From Eledone cirrhosa (Eukaryota), in the NCBI GenBank assembly GCA_964016885.1, contig OZ024744.1, positions 41,664,001-41,728,000 on the forward strand: DNA of 64,000 bases, written 5' to 3'. Under the pieces are notes generated by a model. It saw only the letters and a list, made by a program, of their open reading frames with translations, ran no database searches and was not told the origin of the DNA. Within the stretch, counting starts at the first letter, position 1, and every line of letters starts with the position of its first letter. The position numbers and the translations under genes are program-made. Shown in pieces: positions 12,050 to 24,679 of this stretch.

Positions 12050-13484
12050 TAATTCATGTCTGGCAAAGAGATGTAAGGATATTGTCAAGTCCAAGACAAT
12101 ATTTCGTTCGGGACATAGAACACCCAATCAAATATCTACTTTGCGGCAGACAGCTTCTTGTTGCCTTGAAGTCCCTAATCGAATGCCCTAGTATTTGTGT
12201 TTGGATAAATGGTGCTAAATCGAAACCATGCAGCCCGGTTGGAAGTGTTATCAAAATATACGTGTGTAGGATCAGTCGGCTGATATTTGCAGATGACATG
12301 TAATTACTAAACTCATCGAAAGATGATTTCCGACTAGCATTTGATAGGTTTGCTGCCAGGTGCTGGAGTTCAGGAATGAAAATCAATACTGCGGAGACAT
12401 TTATCCTCTCATGAAAATCTATACAATGCACTCTACATATGAATGGAGATCCGTGAAGCAGATGGAGAAGTTTGTAGCAAGCTACTTTCCTTTGGCGCAT
12501 TGATACCCTTTCCGTTCGTGATTTCGCTAAGTTAAGCCAATCGTAAACCGCCCAAACCGAGACTTCCCGCTTCTTTTAATAAATTCGATCTCTTTGCGCG
12601 TCAACTGCATAAGGTAAACACGTATTCTTATTTTGCTCCGCAACCAACAACATAACCACGGCCTGGCAAGCTCTTCAGCCAGTTGACCGTACCTAACTGA
12701 AATCTTAATTTTGTTTGTTCATTTCTTTTGGCATGCCAACCCAGCTTAACCCAGCTCTTAACTTTCGTTAATAACATATGTAAAAACGTGCTAAAGTCTT
12801 CTGATGCTATTACCGCAGCCATTGCCTTTAAATCTGATATGGAAAGATTCTTTCCAGAGTTATTATCACAGCAGTAACAGAACCTGAGACCTACAGCCGA
12901 ACCTTAATTCAACTTACATGTATTGATATAACAAACCATACCTTTCCAATTACAAACAAATACATTGTTGTTACATAAACTGGTTACATATTACTCGCCG
13001 CTAAAAGTATTACAATACAACTAAAATGGTGACCGCTGTTGATACACAATACATACATAATACAAACAATGACATACAAATAATAACTATTAGCTATTAT
13101 TCTTTTTTAACCGCTTCAAGTTCAAGCATTTCAGGGCCGTGTTCACGAGTAATGGAAGGTAGGAGGCTGAATTACATGCAAGAATTGTAGGAGCCGGTGC
13201 AGTAATGTGCCAGCTTCAGCATTCGGTCATCAGAAGAGGGGAGATAGATGTGAAAATGAAACTCGCTATCTTCAATTTAGTATTCGTGCCTACCCTTACT
13301 TCTAATCAGGAATCTTGGAAAATGACATGAAAGAATACAATTACGAATACAAGCGGCCGAAATTAGGCTCCTCCGAAGGGTCTTTGGAGTAACGTTACAA
13401 GATAGGGTGTGTGTAGTTCGAAGAATAGGGAGTCGCTTTGTGTAGAGACCCTTCCTCTCCAAATTGAGAAATCACAGATCCGAT
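12050..13484 (+). mobile_element. RTE-clade LINE fragments, interrupted by ~630 bp of unassigned DNA (~12480-13115)
   Basis: SRLIFADDM, GMKIN, LTYG.ESW-like and IQAAEIRLLRRV; homologous to 55250-57740. Confidence 0.7.
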
Positions 13485-14335
13485 CAGTGACGTAACTAGA
13501 GTGTGTGCCGCCAGGGGCAGCCCTTCAGTTTGCCGCCCACGAGTCCCAACAAAAAATACATATTGCACAGTGACTCACTCTTAAAGTTATATATATATTA
13601 ACTAATCTGTGTACAATTATAATATTACTTTCACATACTCAAATATAGCATGCTTTAAATACACACAAACCAAACTGAAATTTTATAAGTAACAGTTAAA
13701 TGAATAATAATAAAAAAAAATTCAAAAATGGCAAAAACGGAAAAAATGTAAAAAAAGTGTAAAAAATTAGGACCATCTTTATTTCTGAAATGAAAACTCT
13801 AACTTTCTACAAAGTAACTTTTCTTGCTTTCTTGTTGGTAAATATTTCAATAACATTGTCAAAACCTATATCATCTGTCAATTGTCGCTCTATAAAGAGT
13901 ATGGCAAGTTTTCTCTACCACAAGATGCTCATAGTAGATCTTAAGTAATTCTTGATCAGTTTTAGTTTCGAAAAACTCCTCCCACAGGTAGAACCACTAA
14001 CAGCATTATTATTATATTTGGAATCGAGTTCCAAGGTCACACTTTTGAATAGACAGCAAAGGTTCAAGGTGTCTTCTTTCCATGTCTTACACTCTTTAAT
14101 AGCAGCAACAGCAATAAAATGCTGAAGACTTTTTCTCTCAACTGGAACTCCCCCTTATCAATGTCGTCGTAATCGTGATCTATTTGACACTCATATTTAT
14201 CATCCAAAAGACTCAATGGGGTAAGAAAGTCATATTTCTCAGCAAGTTCGCGAAGCTGTTGAAATCTCAAAGATATTTCTTGGATTACTCTGTGTGGAAT
14301 TCCGAACATGAGCTGCACTGGATTCATGCTCGGAT
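13485..14335 (-). mobile_element. hAT transposon 3' end (dimerisation domain and TIR)
   Basis: Minus-strand RSFSKLKLIKNYLRSTM...LAILFIERQL...FDNVIEIFTNKKARKV*; TIR-like CAGTGACGTAACTAG at 13485. Confidence 0.8.
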
Positions 14336-14393
14336 ATTCTAGGATTCAGTTTCTACCATATTCTGAATCCATCCTCAGAATAAAAATTTGAAT

Positions 14394-14515
<122 letters not shown>

Positions 14516-15280
14516 GTGTAGATAGTGAAGGGAAATACTAGTTATAGTACCAAATCAAGCACTTTATGTGCAGGCAGAGTGTATATAATAGAACAAACGA
14601 GGAAGTTTCGTTTACATATGAAAAATATTTATTGTGTATTGACCTGTTACATGCGTTTCGCAGAGGATTGGCTCAAGTTAACCCAAAGGAGTTATGGACC
14701 CGAATCCAGTATCGATCTGCTCGTCAGAATGGTGATGTGACAAAAAATATTTTTTTGTTGTGTTATGTGGGCGGAGAAGGTATATATATAGGCATCGGCC
14801 CTATTTTAATTTTGTGTGTGTATGTGGGGGGCATGTATGTGTATTGTTGTGTATTTGGTGGGGCAGCTATGCGGGTGTGTATTCACAGGTATTCATGTGC
14901 GTGTTTGTGTGAGCGCGCGAGCATTTAAGGGCTCGTGTGTGCGCGTAAGTGCGCATTTTGTAATGTGTTTTGGTCAGTCAAAGACTTGCTTTTGTGTAAA
15001 CAGGAAGCTGAAAGTGGGGGTGATTCCATTGGTGGGGTGGGTGGGGTGTGTCACGCTTGGACGACCCGGTGCTAATTCATCATATCATTAAAGACAATTC
15101 AAGTTTTTGTCAAATAATGAAACAAATAGGAATGTTGCGACCAACCGACCTTATGGATATTATCCAACCATTTTATTCGTGTTCTACCTCTGATTCTCCA
15201 ACAGGCCGGCTTTACACGTAAAAATCTGGTTATCGATTCTTTCCTAAGACACTCTAACCACATGTCCGTATTTGTGGAGC

Positions 15281-16260
15281 CAGTAGCGTAGTTAGATTGG
15301 AGCGAGAAGGATGGATCGCCCCGGACGACACTTTTATGGAGGCGGAACTGGTGAGTCTGCTATAGGCTATAAGCGTTCTTTTAATGCTGCAACACCACTG
15401 TGTATAGGAGACGCCACCTTCGTTATATAAATTTCAGTTATTTTTCTTGACAGAAGTTCATTTGAAGTTTGTGTTGCTCTATATTTCGTCTTTTGGACTT
15501 AGCCTTCCTAACCAGATGAATTTTGTGTGTGATTAGCTTGTATTCTGGTGATTTGGCTGATTGTTTTCGGTCGCGGCTTCGCCTGGCCTGTTCTTATTGA
15601 CCAACCATCTTTTACCTTTGATTTTCAGCTGAACTTGTTTTTCGAAATTATTATATTCCAGCTTATTCAATATTCACTTTCCTTGTCTTTAAATTACCAT
15701 CAATATATTATTTGCTTTCTGATCAAGTTACCTACCTTTCGTTCCATTCTCCGATACTTAACGGTGTAAGGTAGATTTTAGTAAATATTGTGTATCATAC
15801 GTATTTTACAATGGGTAAATATAGTTTCACCACTACTACTACTGAAGCTGGAGAAGGTTATGAATCCTAATCATTGTCAAAGTCAAAGGATTCAACTTCA
15901 AGCGATTCGTTAACTTCAACCCCTTCAAGTGATGAAGAACACGAGGAAGAACATATTCCGGGACCAGCTATGAACAGAGTGGACATAAAATATGTTGGTC
16001 TAAGACCAAGCAAGATTAGCAATGACACACGGATCTTTCTGGTACGTCAAGATGCGTCTCTGGTTCAAAATCTAGATTCTGATTTTAGTGAAGTAATTCG
16101 TCAAGGTGTGTCAACCAAAGGACAACCTAGAAAACTAACATGCGAGTCATTTTTTCAAACTCTGCAAAATGGAGAAAGAATGTTGAGATCATGGATAGCG
16201 TACTCCTCTTCCAAGGAAGCTCTTCACTGCTTTTCTTGCAAGCTGTTTTCAGACAACAAT
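15281..16260 (+). mobile_element. hAT transposon 5' part (TTF-type zinc finger), truncated at the microsatellite
   Basis: TIR-like CAGTAGCGTAGTTAG at 15281; LQNGERMLRSWIAYSSSKEALHCFSCKLF in ORF 15874..16278. Confidence 0.65.
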
Positions 16261-16277
16261 ATATATATATATATATA

Positions 16278-16340
<63 letters not shown>

Positions 16341-16346
16341 GTTATT
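16261..16346. repeat. (AT)n(ATT)n microsatellite, left edge of the cluster
   Basis: Directly visible. Confidence 0.95.
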
Positions 16347-19300
16347 ACTCTTTGAGTCACAGTCATTGATGTTAGTTAACTGGAAAGTTTGTTGAGATGA
16401 ATATCAAGCCACTACCTGCAGCCTCAGATATTCAGGACGTATCGGAGGGTTCTTGCTGTTCCCAGCAAGCATGCCTTTTGAAGCGTTCCAAAAAGCGTGA
16501 AGGGGACAATTTTCTTTAACCATCCCTGGACACTTTTTGAGATAGTCCCTAATGCGCCTATGACAATCGGGATCACTTTGACTTCATGGCAGTTCCAAAT
16601 CCTTTTTACCTCCCACTTTAAGTCCTGGTTGCGGTTAATTTTCTCCCTCTCCTTCTCTTGCACTCTCGTGTCGAACGGGCAGGCCACATCCACAATCAGA
16701 CACCATCTTTTTTATGTGTCCAAAACCACCAGGTCAGGTCTATTGTGTTCCAGTTTCTTGTCCGTCTGTATCCTAAAATCCCACAGCACCTTCACCTGAT
16801 CGTTTTCTATCACCGCCTCTGGCTTATGCTCATACCATTTCTCAGAATGTGGTAAATTGTCTACTTTGCATAGGTACCAGTGGATCACCCTGCCCATCAC
16901 ATCATGTCTCCAGCCCTTATAGTGAGTCTGGGCTAGGTGTTTACACTCGGATACAATGTGAGCCACAGTCTCCTCTCTCTCTCCACAGATCCTGCACAGT
17001 GGGCTAGCCTCCTCCTTGTAAATGTGGTGTTTCAACCACTTCGTTTTGAGGGCCTGCTCCTGCGCAGACATTAACATTCCTTCTGTAGCCTTTTTAAGGT
17101 CTCCTCTTTTCAACCAGTTCCATGTCTGTGGATCTCTAAATTCAGTTTTCTCAAAGAATGTACTATGAAGGGATTTTTCCTGAAGGCTGCTCTTTCTCCT
17201 TGATGTTATTTCCTCCTTGGACATCCCCTGGCCTATTGTCTCCTCCTTCAGCACAGTTCTGAGCATTGGCTCCTTACTATCAGTCACGTATTTGTGTAGG
17301 TTGTTTTTCTCCATCTGAACACAGTCCTCTATGCTGATAAGACCTCTTCCACCCTCAGATCTCCTTAAGTAGAGTCTATCGACATCACTCCTCTTGTGTA
17401 ACATATTGTAGATAGTCAATAGCTTCCTAGTCTTCCTATCCATTTCTTTTTGTTCAGCAACATTCCATCTCAGAATTCCCGCACTGTACCTAATAATAGA
17501 CACAGCTCGGGAATTTACTGCACTTATGGGATTCCTACTGTTAAGATGTGACTTTAATACGCTCCTTACTCTCCGAAGGTATTCAGTTCTTATCAATTCC
17601 TTCATTTTTTTGTTCTTGATGTCATCAGCCTCCAGAACGCCCAAATACTTGTATCCTTCCTCAGAGTCAATTTCTTTTATCATCTCACCTGTTGGTATCT
17701 GGATTCCGTTACTTCTGCTCAACTTACCCCTCCTCATCACAATGACTCCACACTTACTAATACCAAATTGCATACATATATCATTGCTGAAAATACGGAC
17801 AGTGTCAACAAGCACATCCAACTCCTTCTCACTCTTCCCGAAGAGCATAAGATCGTCCATGAAGAGGAGGTGATTGATGGTAAGCCCTCCCTTTCCCAAC
17901 CTGTATCCTGCTCTCACCTTTCGCAGTACACTGGTCAGAGGCATCAGGGCAAGGACAAACAACAGAGGGGACAGACTATCTCCCTGGAAGATACCTCTCT
18001 TGATCTTCACGCTTCCCAAGGATACTCCAGTTGATGTTAACTCTGTTTCCCAGGACTTCATACTTTTTCCCAACAACTGTCTGATGTTATCTGCCACCTT
18101 GAAGATCTCCAGGCTTTTGGTGATCCAAGAATGAGGCACCATGTCAAATGCCTTTTTGTAGTCTATCCATCCCATGGCAAGACCAGTGTGTCTCCTCTTG
18201 CAATTCCTCATTACCATCTTATCTATAAGTAACTGGTCCTTTGTACCACGTGACTTCTTTCGGCATCCTTTCTGTTCGTCCGGTAACAAGTTGTTTGTGT
18301 GGAGGTGATGGTAGATTTCCTCAGACATAATGCTTGTTAACAGTTTCCACATTACGGACAGACATGTGATAGGTCTATAGTTGGTAACATCATTACCCTT
18401 GATTCGGTCTTTCATTACCAGAACTGTGGTACCTTTTGTCAACCACTCTGGTACCTCACCTGACATCAAGCAGTCATTGAACATGGTTGTCAGTTTCGGA
18501 TAGAGGGATGTTATATTTTTAATCCAATACCCCTGCACACCATCTGAGCCTGGTGATTTCCATTTGGTTAGTTTTTTGGCCTGCCCCTTAAGAGTTTCAA
18601 CTGTGATACTCAAATCAGTTTGTTGGTGTGCCTGTTCACTGATCTTCTTCTGTACTGTCTCAATCCACACTGCCTTGTCATTATGTTTAACATCCTGCTC
18701 CCATATTCCTCTCCAGAATGTTTTAGTTTGTTCCGCCTCAGGGTCCAAACAGCATCTTCTGGTTGTTGTCGAACATGCGGTTCTGTTTATACTGGCTGAC
18801 TCTGTTCTCGTATCGCCTGATTTTTGCACTCTTTGCTACAATGCGTTGCTTCAGTTCTTCTATGATAATATTTAGCTTTTTCCTCCTAGTTTTGTACTTT
18901 ATTTCCAGTCTATTTTTAGTGTCTATGTTTTTTAGTGTCCCATTCAGTAGGGACTCAAGCTTTCCAATGTCATTTCTCATTTCCCTGATTTGACCACTCA
19001 GTCGTTTCTTCCACCAAGGCTCTGCTCTTTCTTGTCTGTTGTTTCCTCTCGCTTTTATGCCAAGTAGTTTCCTCACCGTATTTGCTGTTGCTTTGAGGAT
19101 ATTTTTGCACTAGTGAAGGCTCCTCACCTCAAGGTATGGGATGACTTTGTTTACCTTAGCTGTTGTTTCTTTTAACTTTTTCCTGTCTACAAATCTTAGG
19201 TTCATAGGTCTCCCACTATCATTGTTCAATTCATCTACCACTAAGTTTAGGATATCTACCAAGTCTTGTCCTAGCCCGTCAGCATTCATCTCCTCAGTGG

Positions 19301-20100
19301 CCGTATCTCTGTTCCAGGTATTATTTATCTCAGCATTCAGATCATTGTCTGTTTCGGGTGGTTCCTCCGTTCTCTCGACCTCTTCACCTTCATTTCCCAC
19401 TGGCTCGTTTGCCTGGCATACTCCACCCTCCATCTCCAAGCTAATCTCTCTGCTCAGTTCCTCCAGTTCCAGCTCGCTTATCCACCCATTAGTTCTTATT
19501 ACCCGAGCCTGCCCGGCCAGTTTTTGTTCATCTAATTTAAATGGACCAATCTCGTTCCAGATGTTATGGATCCTTTTCCTATAGCCATTCTCCTTGGGGT
19601 TACTCTTCAGGTAACATTGCATAACAGTTCTATTCAATTCTTTCGTCCAGTTGGTTCTGGTCCCTTTCCCTCTTCTTCTTCCTCCGACACCAGCAGTATT
19701 TGGTTGACAGCCAGGTCCCTGTTGCTGAGCCAGGGAGCACCTGTTGGATGAGAGTCTGTCACATGACATTCTAGTCTCCATTTCACCGTTATTCGAACTA
19801 TTTAGGTTCGACATTTAAACACTCTTTACTTGTCTCCGGTGGTTTCGTCACTCCACGTGACTTTTGTGTGGCATTATCACGCTGTAGACGAACCCAAATA
19901 AACAAACAAACAAACAGGCAGAAAAACCCCAAAAATGAATAAGCATAAGTTTCATTGTAATGTAGTGTTTGAATGTCTGACTTAGTTTTTCCCTTCCCTT
20001 CTCTGTCCGTCCGTTTGTTTTTCTCTTCATTTTTATTTCCTTTACGTTTTTCGTTGTTGCTGTGCTGCTTTGATTTTTATTTATTTTTTTTATTTTATTT
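16347..20100 (-). mobile_element. R4/Dong-like RLE non-LTR retrotransposon D1, near full length; ORF 19814->16424 disrupted
   Basis: Myb-like N-terminus, KSPGSDG, YRPITCL, DYKKAFD, GIFQGDSLSP, HLLFMDD, CRIC..ETVAH..SEC, RPDLV, DVACPFD, PIVIGALG; stops at 19110 and 16712, frameshift near 18745; 3' end abuts (TAA)n. Confidence 0.92.
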
Positions 20101-20524
20101 CGACCGGGTCATCAATTCAGTCTATTTATATATTTTGATGCCTTCCTCTTTTAGTGAGAATTCTACAATGTAGCAGGGGCTAGCGGAGAGAATAGCGGCG
20201 GTAGTGACAATGAGGCAGCGGCAGCGGCGATGGCGGTGCTGTGCCAGCAGCAACCAGCAGGAGGTAGTGGGAGAGAATAGCGGCGGTAGCGATAATGAGG
20301 CAGCGGCGGTGGCGATGTGGTCGTATTACTGTAGCGATGGTGTTGAAGATGGAGTAGAAATATGAGTCGACTTGACCAGAGTTTTCATCGTGGCAGTGGT
20401 GGTGGCACTGGTGGTGAAATTATCTTTAGTGAAATTATCATTAGTCGCGTATATGTGATGACATAAATTCCATAATATTGGAATTAAACATTTTGTTAAA
20501 ACTAAAACTTGATTTAAAACTTGA

Positions 20525-20561
<37 letters not shown>

Positions 20562-20563
<2 letters not shown>

Positions 20564-22175
20564 AGTTGCATTTATCTTGCTTTATGTTCATACGAGTTAT
20601 CACCAAGTCACAACCAGTGACCTCAAGAGACAACAAGGTCCGCCATGTTCAAGAAAGAACAAAACATATTCACACATGCATCTTTAGTGTTTAGACTTGT
20701 GATGTACTTATATTGACAGAATCTTCCTTAGTATATGGGCAGTTCCCATTAGTACTATCTTTTGTATTTCTCCTATACGCGGGTTTCCTGGGATTTGCGA
20801 TATATAATCATTAGACCCCTTAGGTATCATTCCCAGAGCGCCTACAACCACTGGTATTGTTTTAGTTCTCAATTTCCACATTTTTCCAATTTCTATCTCC
20901 AGGTCCTTATACTTGCTCAATTTTTCAAATGTTTTTATAGATACATTCTCGTCTATTGGAACAGACATATCAATTAGCAGGGATATCCTCTTTTGAAAGT
21001 CTTTCAATATTATATCAGGTCTGTTTGCATCTATTTTTCGGTCTGTTTGGATGCTAAAGTTCCACAAGATTGAGATGTGATCTTTTTCAAGTATGGGAGG
21101 TGGTTGATGCTCCCACCAATTCTTTTGATGTGGCAGGTCAAAATGCTTACACGTTATCCAATGTATGTATTGTGCAGCTCTGTCATGCCTGTTTAGGTAT
21201 TCGGCTGGAGCTATAGGACTGCACATTGAAATTATATGGTCAATGGTCTCTGGTTGTTTTTTGCATACACGGCATAATGGGCTGCACCCATTTTTTATTA
21301 TGTTGGCTTGGTAATTTTTTGTTGGCAGACACTGATCTTGTGCCGATATAATCAGTCCTTCAGTCTCCGATTTCAGTCCAGAGGATGCCAACCACTGATG
21401 GGTTAAAGTTTTGTCAACATCAGGATTGTTAGCTCGCTCTGGGTATTTTCCATACAGAGGCTTTTCTTGCCATTTCTTAGCCAGTTTCTGTAGCAGTTCT
21501 TTCTTTGCAGTCACTTTTACCTGCTTTGCTTTTTCTGTGTTTTCCATTTCAGCAGTAAATGGGACTTCTGAAATTTGTAGTCCATTACTGTATCTTTGTG
21601 CATCTTTTGTAATGGAATATGATCATTTGATGCTTTCGTGTTTCAAAACGAGTTTGATCATCCAATCATGTGATTCCCTTAGATATGTAGATAATCCAAT
21701 TGTTGCAGTTTTCAACGCAATGTCTAACTGGATTAACCCACGTCCTCCTTCTTTCCTAGGGAGATATATTCTATCTATATCTGCCTTAGGGTGATGCATT
21801 CTGTGCATGGTTAAGAATTTTCGAATTTTTGTATCGAACCTACGGATCTCTGTGCTTGACCAGTTGATGACATTGTAACTGTAGGTTACTACTGGTATGG
21901 CAAGCGTGTTTATGGCATCGATCCTATTCCTTACATTCAATTCCGTTCTTAAGATTGCTCTTACTCTGCGGTAACATTCCTTCCTTATCCTTTCCCTCAT
22001 TGTCGAGTGCTTGATTCCGTCTCCTTCACAAACACCTAGATATTTGTAAGTTTTTTCTTGATCAAGTTCTCTTATCACGTTCCCCCGATCAAGATTAATG
22101 TCTGAACTCTTCAGCAGCTTTCCTCTGGTGAACGTTGCTTTGGCGCATTTATCTTGTCCAAACTCCATTTGAATG

Positions 22176-22177
<2 letters not shown>
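20562..22177 (-). mobile_element. R4/Dong-like element D2 (different family), 5'-truncated
   Basis: YKYLG, RKEGGRGL, CRVC..ETIDH, RHD, NRPDII, IDMSVP, PVVVGALG; one in-frame TGA at 21623; (ATT)n on both sides (20528-20561, 22178-22207). Confidence 0.9.
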
Positions 22178-22207
<30 letters not shown>

Positions 22208-22214
22208 GTTGTTA

Positions 22215-24097
22215 TTCCTTGAATCTCAGTCATTGATGTTGGTTAACTGGAAAGTCCGTTGGATTGAATATCAAGCCACTACCTGCAGCCTCAGATATTC
22301 AGGACGTATCGGAGGGTTCTTGCTGTTCCAAGCAAGCATGCCTTTTGAAGCGTTCCAAAAAGCGTGAAGGGGCCGATTTTCTTTAACCATCCCTGGAAAC
22401 TTTTGGAGATAGTCCCCAGTGCGCCTATGACAATCGGGATCACTTTGACTTCATGGCAGTTCCAAATCCTTTTCACCTCCCACTTTAGGTCCTGGTATCG
22501 GTTAATTTTCTCCCTCTCCTTCTCTTGCACTCTCGTGTCGAACGGGCAGGCCACATCCACAATCAGACACGATCTTTTTTCTTTGTCCACAACCACCAGG
22601 TCAGGTCTATTGTGTTCCAGATTTTTGTCCGTCTGTATCCTAAAATCCCACAGCACCTTCACCTGATTGTTCTCCATCACCGCCTCTGGCCTATGCTCAT
22701 ACCATTTCTCAGAATGTGGTAAATTGTTTACTTTGCACAGGTGCCAGTGGATCACCCTGCCCATCACATCGTGTCTCCAGCCCTTATAGTGGGTCTGGGC
22801 TAGGTGTTTACACTCGGACACAACGTGAGCCACAGTCTCCTCTCTCTCTCCACAGATCCTGCACAGTTGGCTAGCCTCCTCCTTGTAGATATGGTGCTTC
22901 AACCACTTCGTTTTGAGGGCCTGCTCCTGCGCAGCCATTAGCATTCCTTCTGTAGCTTTTTTAAGGTCTCCTCTTCTCAACCAGTTCCATGTCTGTGGAT
23001 CTCTAAATTCTGTTTTCTCAAAGAAGGTACTATGAAGGGATTTTCCCTTGAGGCTGCTCTTCCTCCTTGATGTTATTTCCTCCTTGGACATCCCCTGGCC
23101 TACTGTCCCCTCCTTCAGTACAGTTCTGAGCATTGGCTCCTTACTATAGGTCACGTATTTGTATAGGTTGTTTTTCTCCATCTGAACACAGTCCTCTATG
23201 CTGATAAGACCTCTTCCACCCTTAGATCTCCTTAGGTAGAGTCTATCGACATCACTCCTCTTGTGGAACATGTTGTAGATAGTCAATAGCTTCCTAGTCT
23301 TCCTATCCATTTCTTTTTGTTCAGCAACATTCCATCTCAGAATTCCCGCACTGTACTTAATAATAGACACAGCTCGGGAATTTACTGCGCTTATGGCATT
23401 TCTGCTGTTCAGACAGTTCCTCCAGTTCCAGCTCAGATCCTCCAGTTCCAGCTCGCTTATCCATCCATTAGTTCTTATTACCCGAGCCTGCCCGGCCAAT
23501 TTTTGTTCATCTAATTTAAATAAACCAATCTCGTTCCAGATGTTATGCATCCGTCTCCTGTAGCCCCTCTCCTTGGGGTTACTTTTCAGGTAACATTGCA
23601 TAACAGTTCTATTCAATTCTTTCGTCCAGTTGGTTCTGGCCCCTTTCCTTCTTCTCCTTCCTCCAACATCAGCAGTATTTGGTTGACAGCCAGGTTCCTG
23701 CTGCTGAGCCAGGGGGCACCTGTTGGGTGAGAGTCTATCACATGACGTTCTAGTCTTCATTTCACCGTTATTCGAACTGTTTATGTTCGATATTTAAACA
23801 CTCTTATCGAGGATTGGCGAATGTATGGTTACATATCCATCTGTGGATCCGCCATTCCACTTGGCCCTTGTGTGGCATTATCACCACGCTGTATACGAAC
23901 ACACATAAACAAACAAACACACAGGCAGAAAGGGCACCAAAAATGAATAAGCATAAGTTTCATTGTAATGTAGTGTTCGAATGTCTGACTTAGTTTTTGT
24001 TTTTTAAGTTTTAGTTTTTTCCCCCCTCTTCTCTGTCCGTCCGCCTCCTTCTCTCTTCATTCTTATTTTCTTTACGTTTTTTGGGTTTTTTTTTAAA

Positions 24098-24103
<6 letters not shown>
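22215..24103 (-). mobile_element. R4/Dong-like element D3, internally deleted relative of D1
   Basis: 5'UTR, N-terminus, C-terminus and 3'UTR are colinear with D1; ~1.9 kb including the RT core is missing; (ATT)n on both sides. Confidence 0.9.
22291..23760 (-). CDS. 489-aa RT-less fusion ORF: Myb-like domain, RT thumb/linker, CCHC and RLE endonuclease
   Basis: Uninterrupted ORF; junction ELELEDLSWNWRNCLNSRN; PD..D..K motif retained. Confidence 0.6.
   Translation of the reverse strand: MKTRTSCDRLSPNRCPLAQQQEPGCQPNTADVGGRRRRKGARTNWTKELNRTVMQCYLKSNPKERGYRRRMHNIWNEIGLFKLDEQKLAGQARVIRTNGWISELELEDLSWNWRNCLNSRNAISAVNSRAVSIIKYSAGILRWNVAEQKEMDRKTRKLLTIYNMFHKRSDVDRLYLRRSKGGRGLISIEDCVQMEKNNLYKYVTYSKEPMLRTVLKEGTVGQGMSKEEITSRRKSSLKGKSLHSTFFEKTEFRDPQTWNWLRRGDLKKATEGMLMAAQEQALKTKWLKHHIYKEEASQLCRICGEREETVAHVVSECKHLAQTHYKGWRHDVMGRVIHWHLCKVNNLPHSEKWYEHRPEAVMENNQVKVLWDFRIQTDKNLEHNRPDLVVVDKEKRSCLIVDVACPFDTRVQEKEREKINRYQDLKWEVKRIWNCHEVKVIPIVIGALGTISKSFQGWLKKIGPFTLFGTLQKACLLGTARTLRYVLNI

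Positions 24104-24177
<74 letters not shown>
24104..24177. repeat. (ATT)n tract between head-to-head Dong and Tx1 elements
   Basis: Directly visible. Confidence 0.95.
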
Positions 24178-24679
24178 GGCGACCTACGTAGGAAATCGTA
24201 TTATCGTGAGCTCCGCAAAGGTTTGTTATTTCCGTTTGTTTAAAAATTGCCATTTATGGAAAATTTTATTGTAAACTGTTTATAAGCACACATACATTGT
24301 TTTCCGAAAAGGACACCCAAAAAGATTGGGGCCTTGTGCCCAAAATTTTAACTTTTATTATTATCCAAAAATTTATTTGAAAAAAAATGGCTAATTCCCC
24401 TCTGCACGAAGCAGCTGAAAGCCTTCCTCACAAAATAACACCTCACACCGACACCACCATTGTAAATGTTACTACGTTTGCCAACACAAAAAAAAATATA
24501 AGCAGTAGCAATATTTTAAATTTGTCTCAGGCAGACATTCATTTCCCGCCATTACCAATGACTGCAGGTGTTAAACCCTCCGCCGCCACCACCACCGCGA
24601 CAACCACACCACCACCACCACCACCACCGCGACAACAGAAACAAAAGAAGAAAAAAATAAATTAACTCGTGACGTCGAA

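Noticed and set aside
14525-15280. Possible further Penelope GIY-YIG remnants (also ~10050-10370 and ~51750-52020)
   Set aside because: Only scattered motif traces; boundaries not supportable
21623-21625. Programmed TGA readthrough in Dong D2
   Set aside because: Single truncated copy at a non-conserved position; a point mutation is sufficient
23811-23830. HDV-like ribozyme signature GGCGAATG
   Set aside because: Antisense to the element, and I could not build the nested pseudoknot
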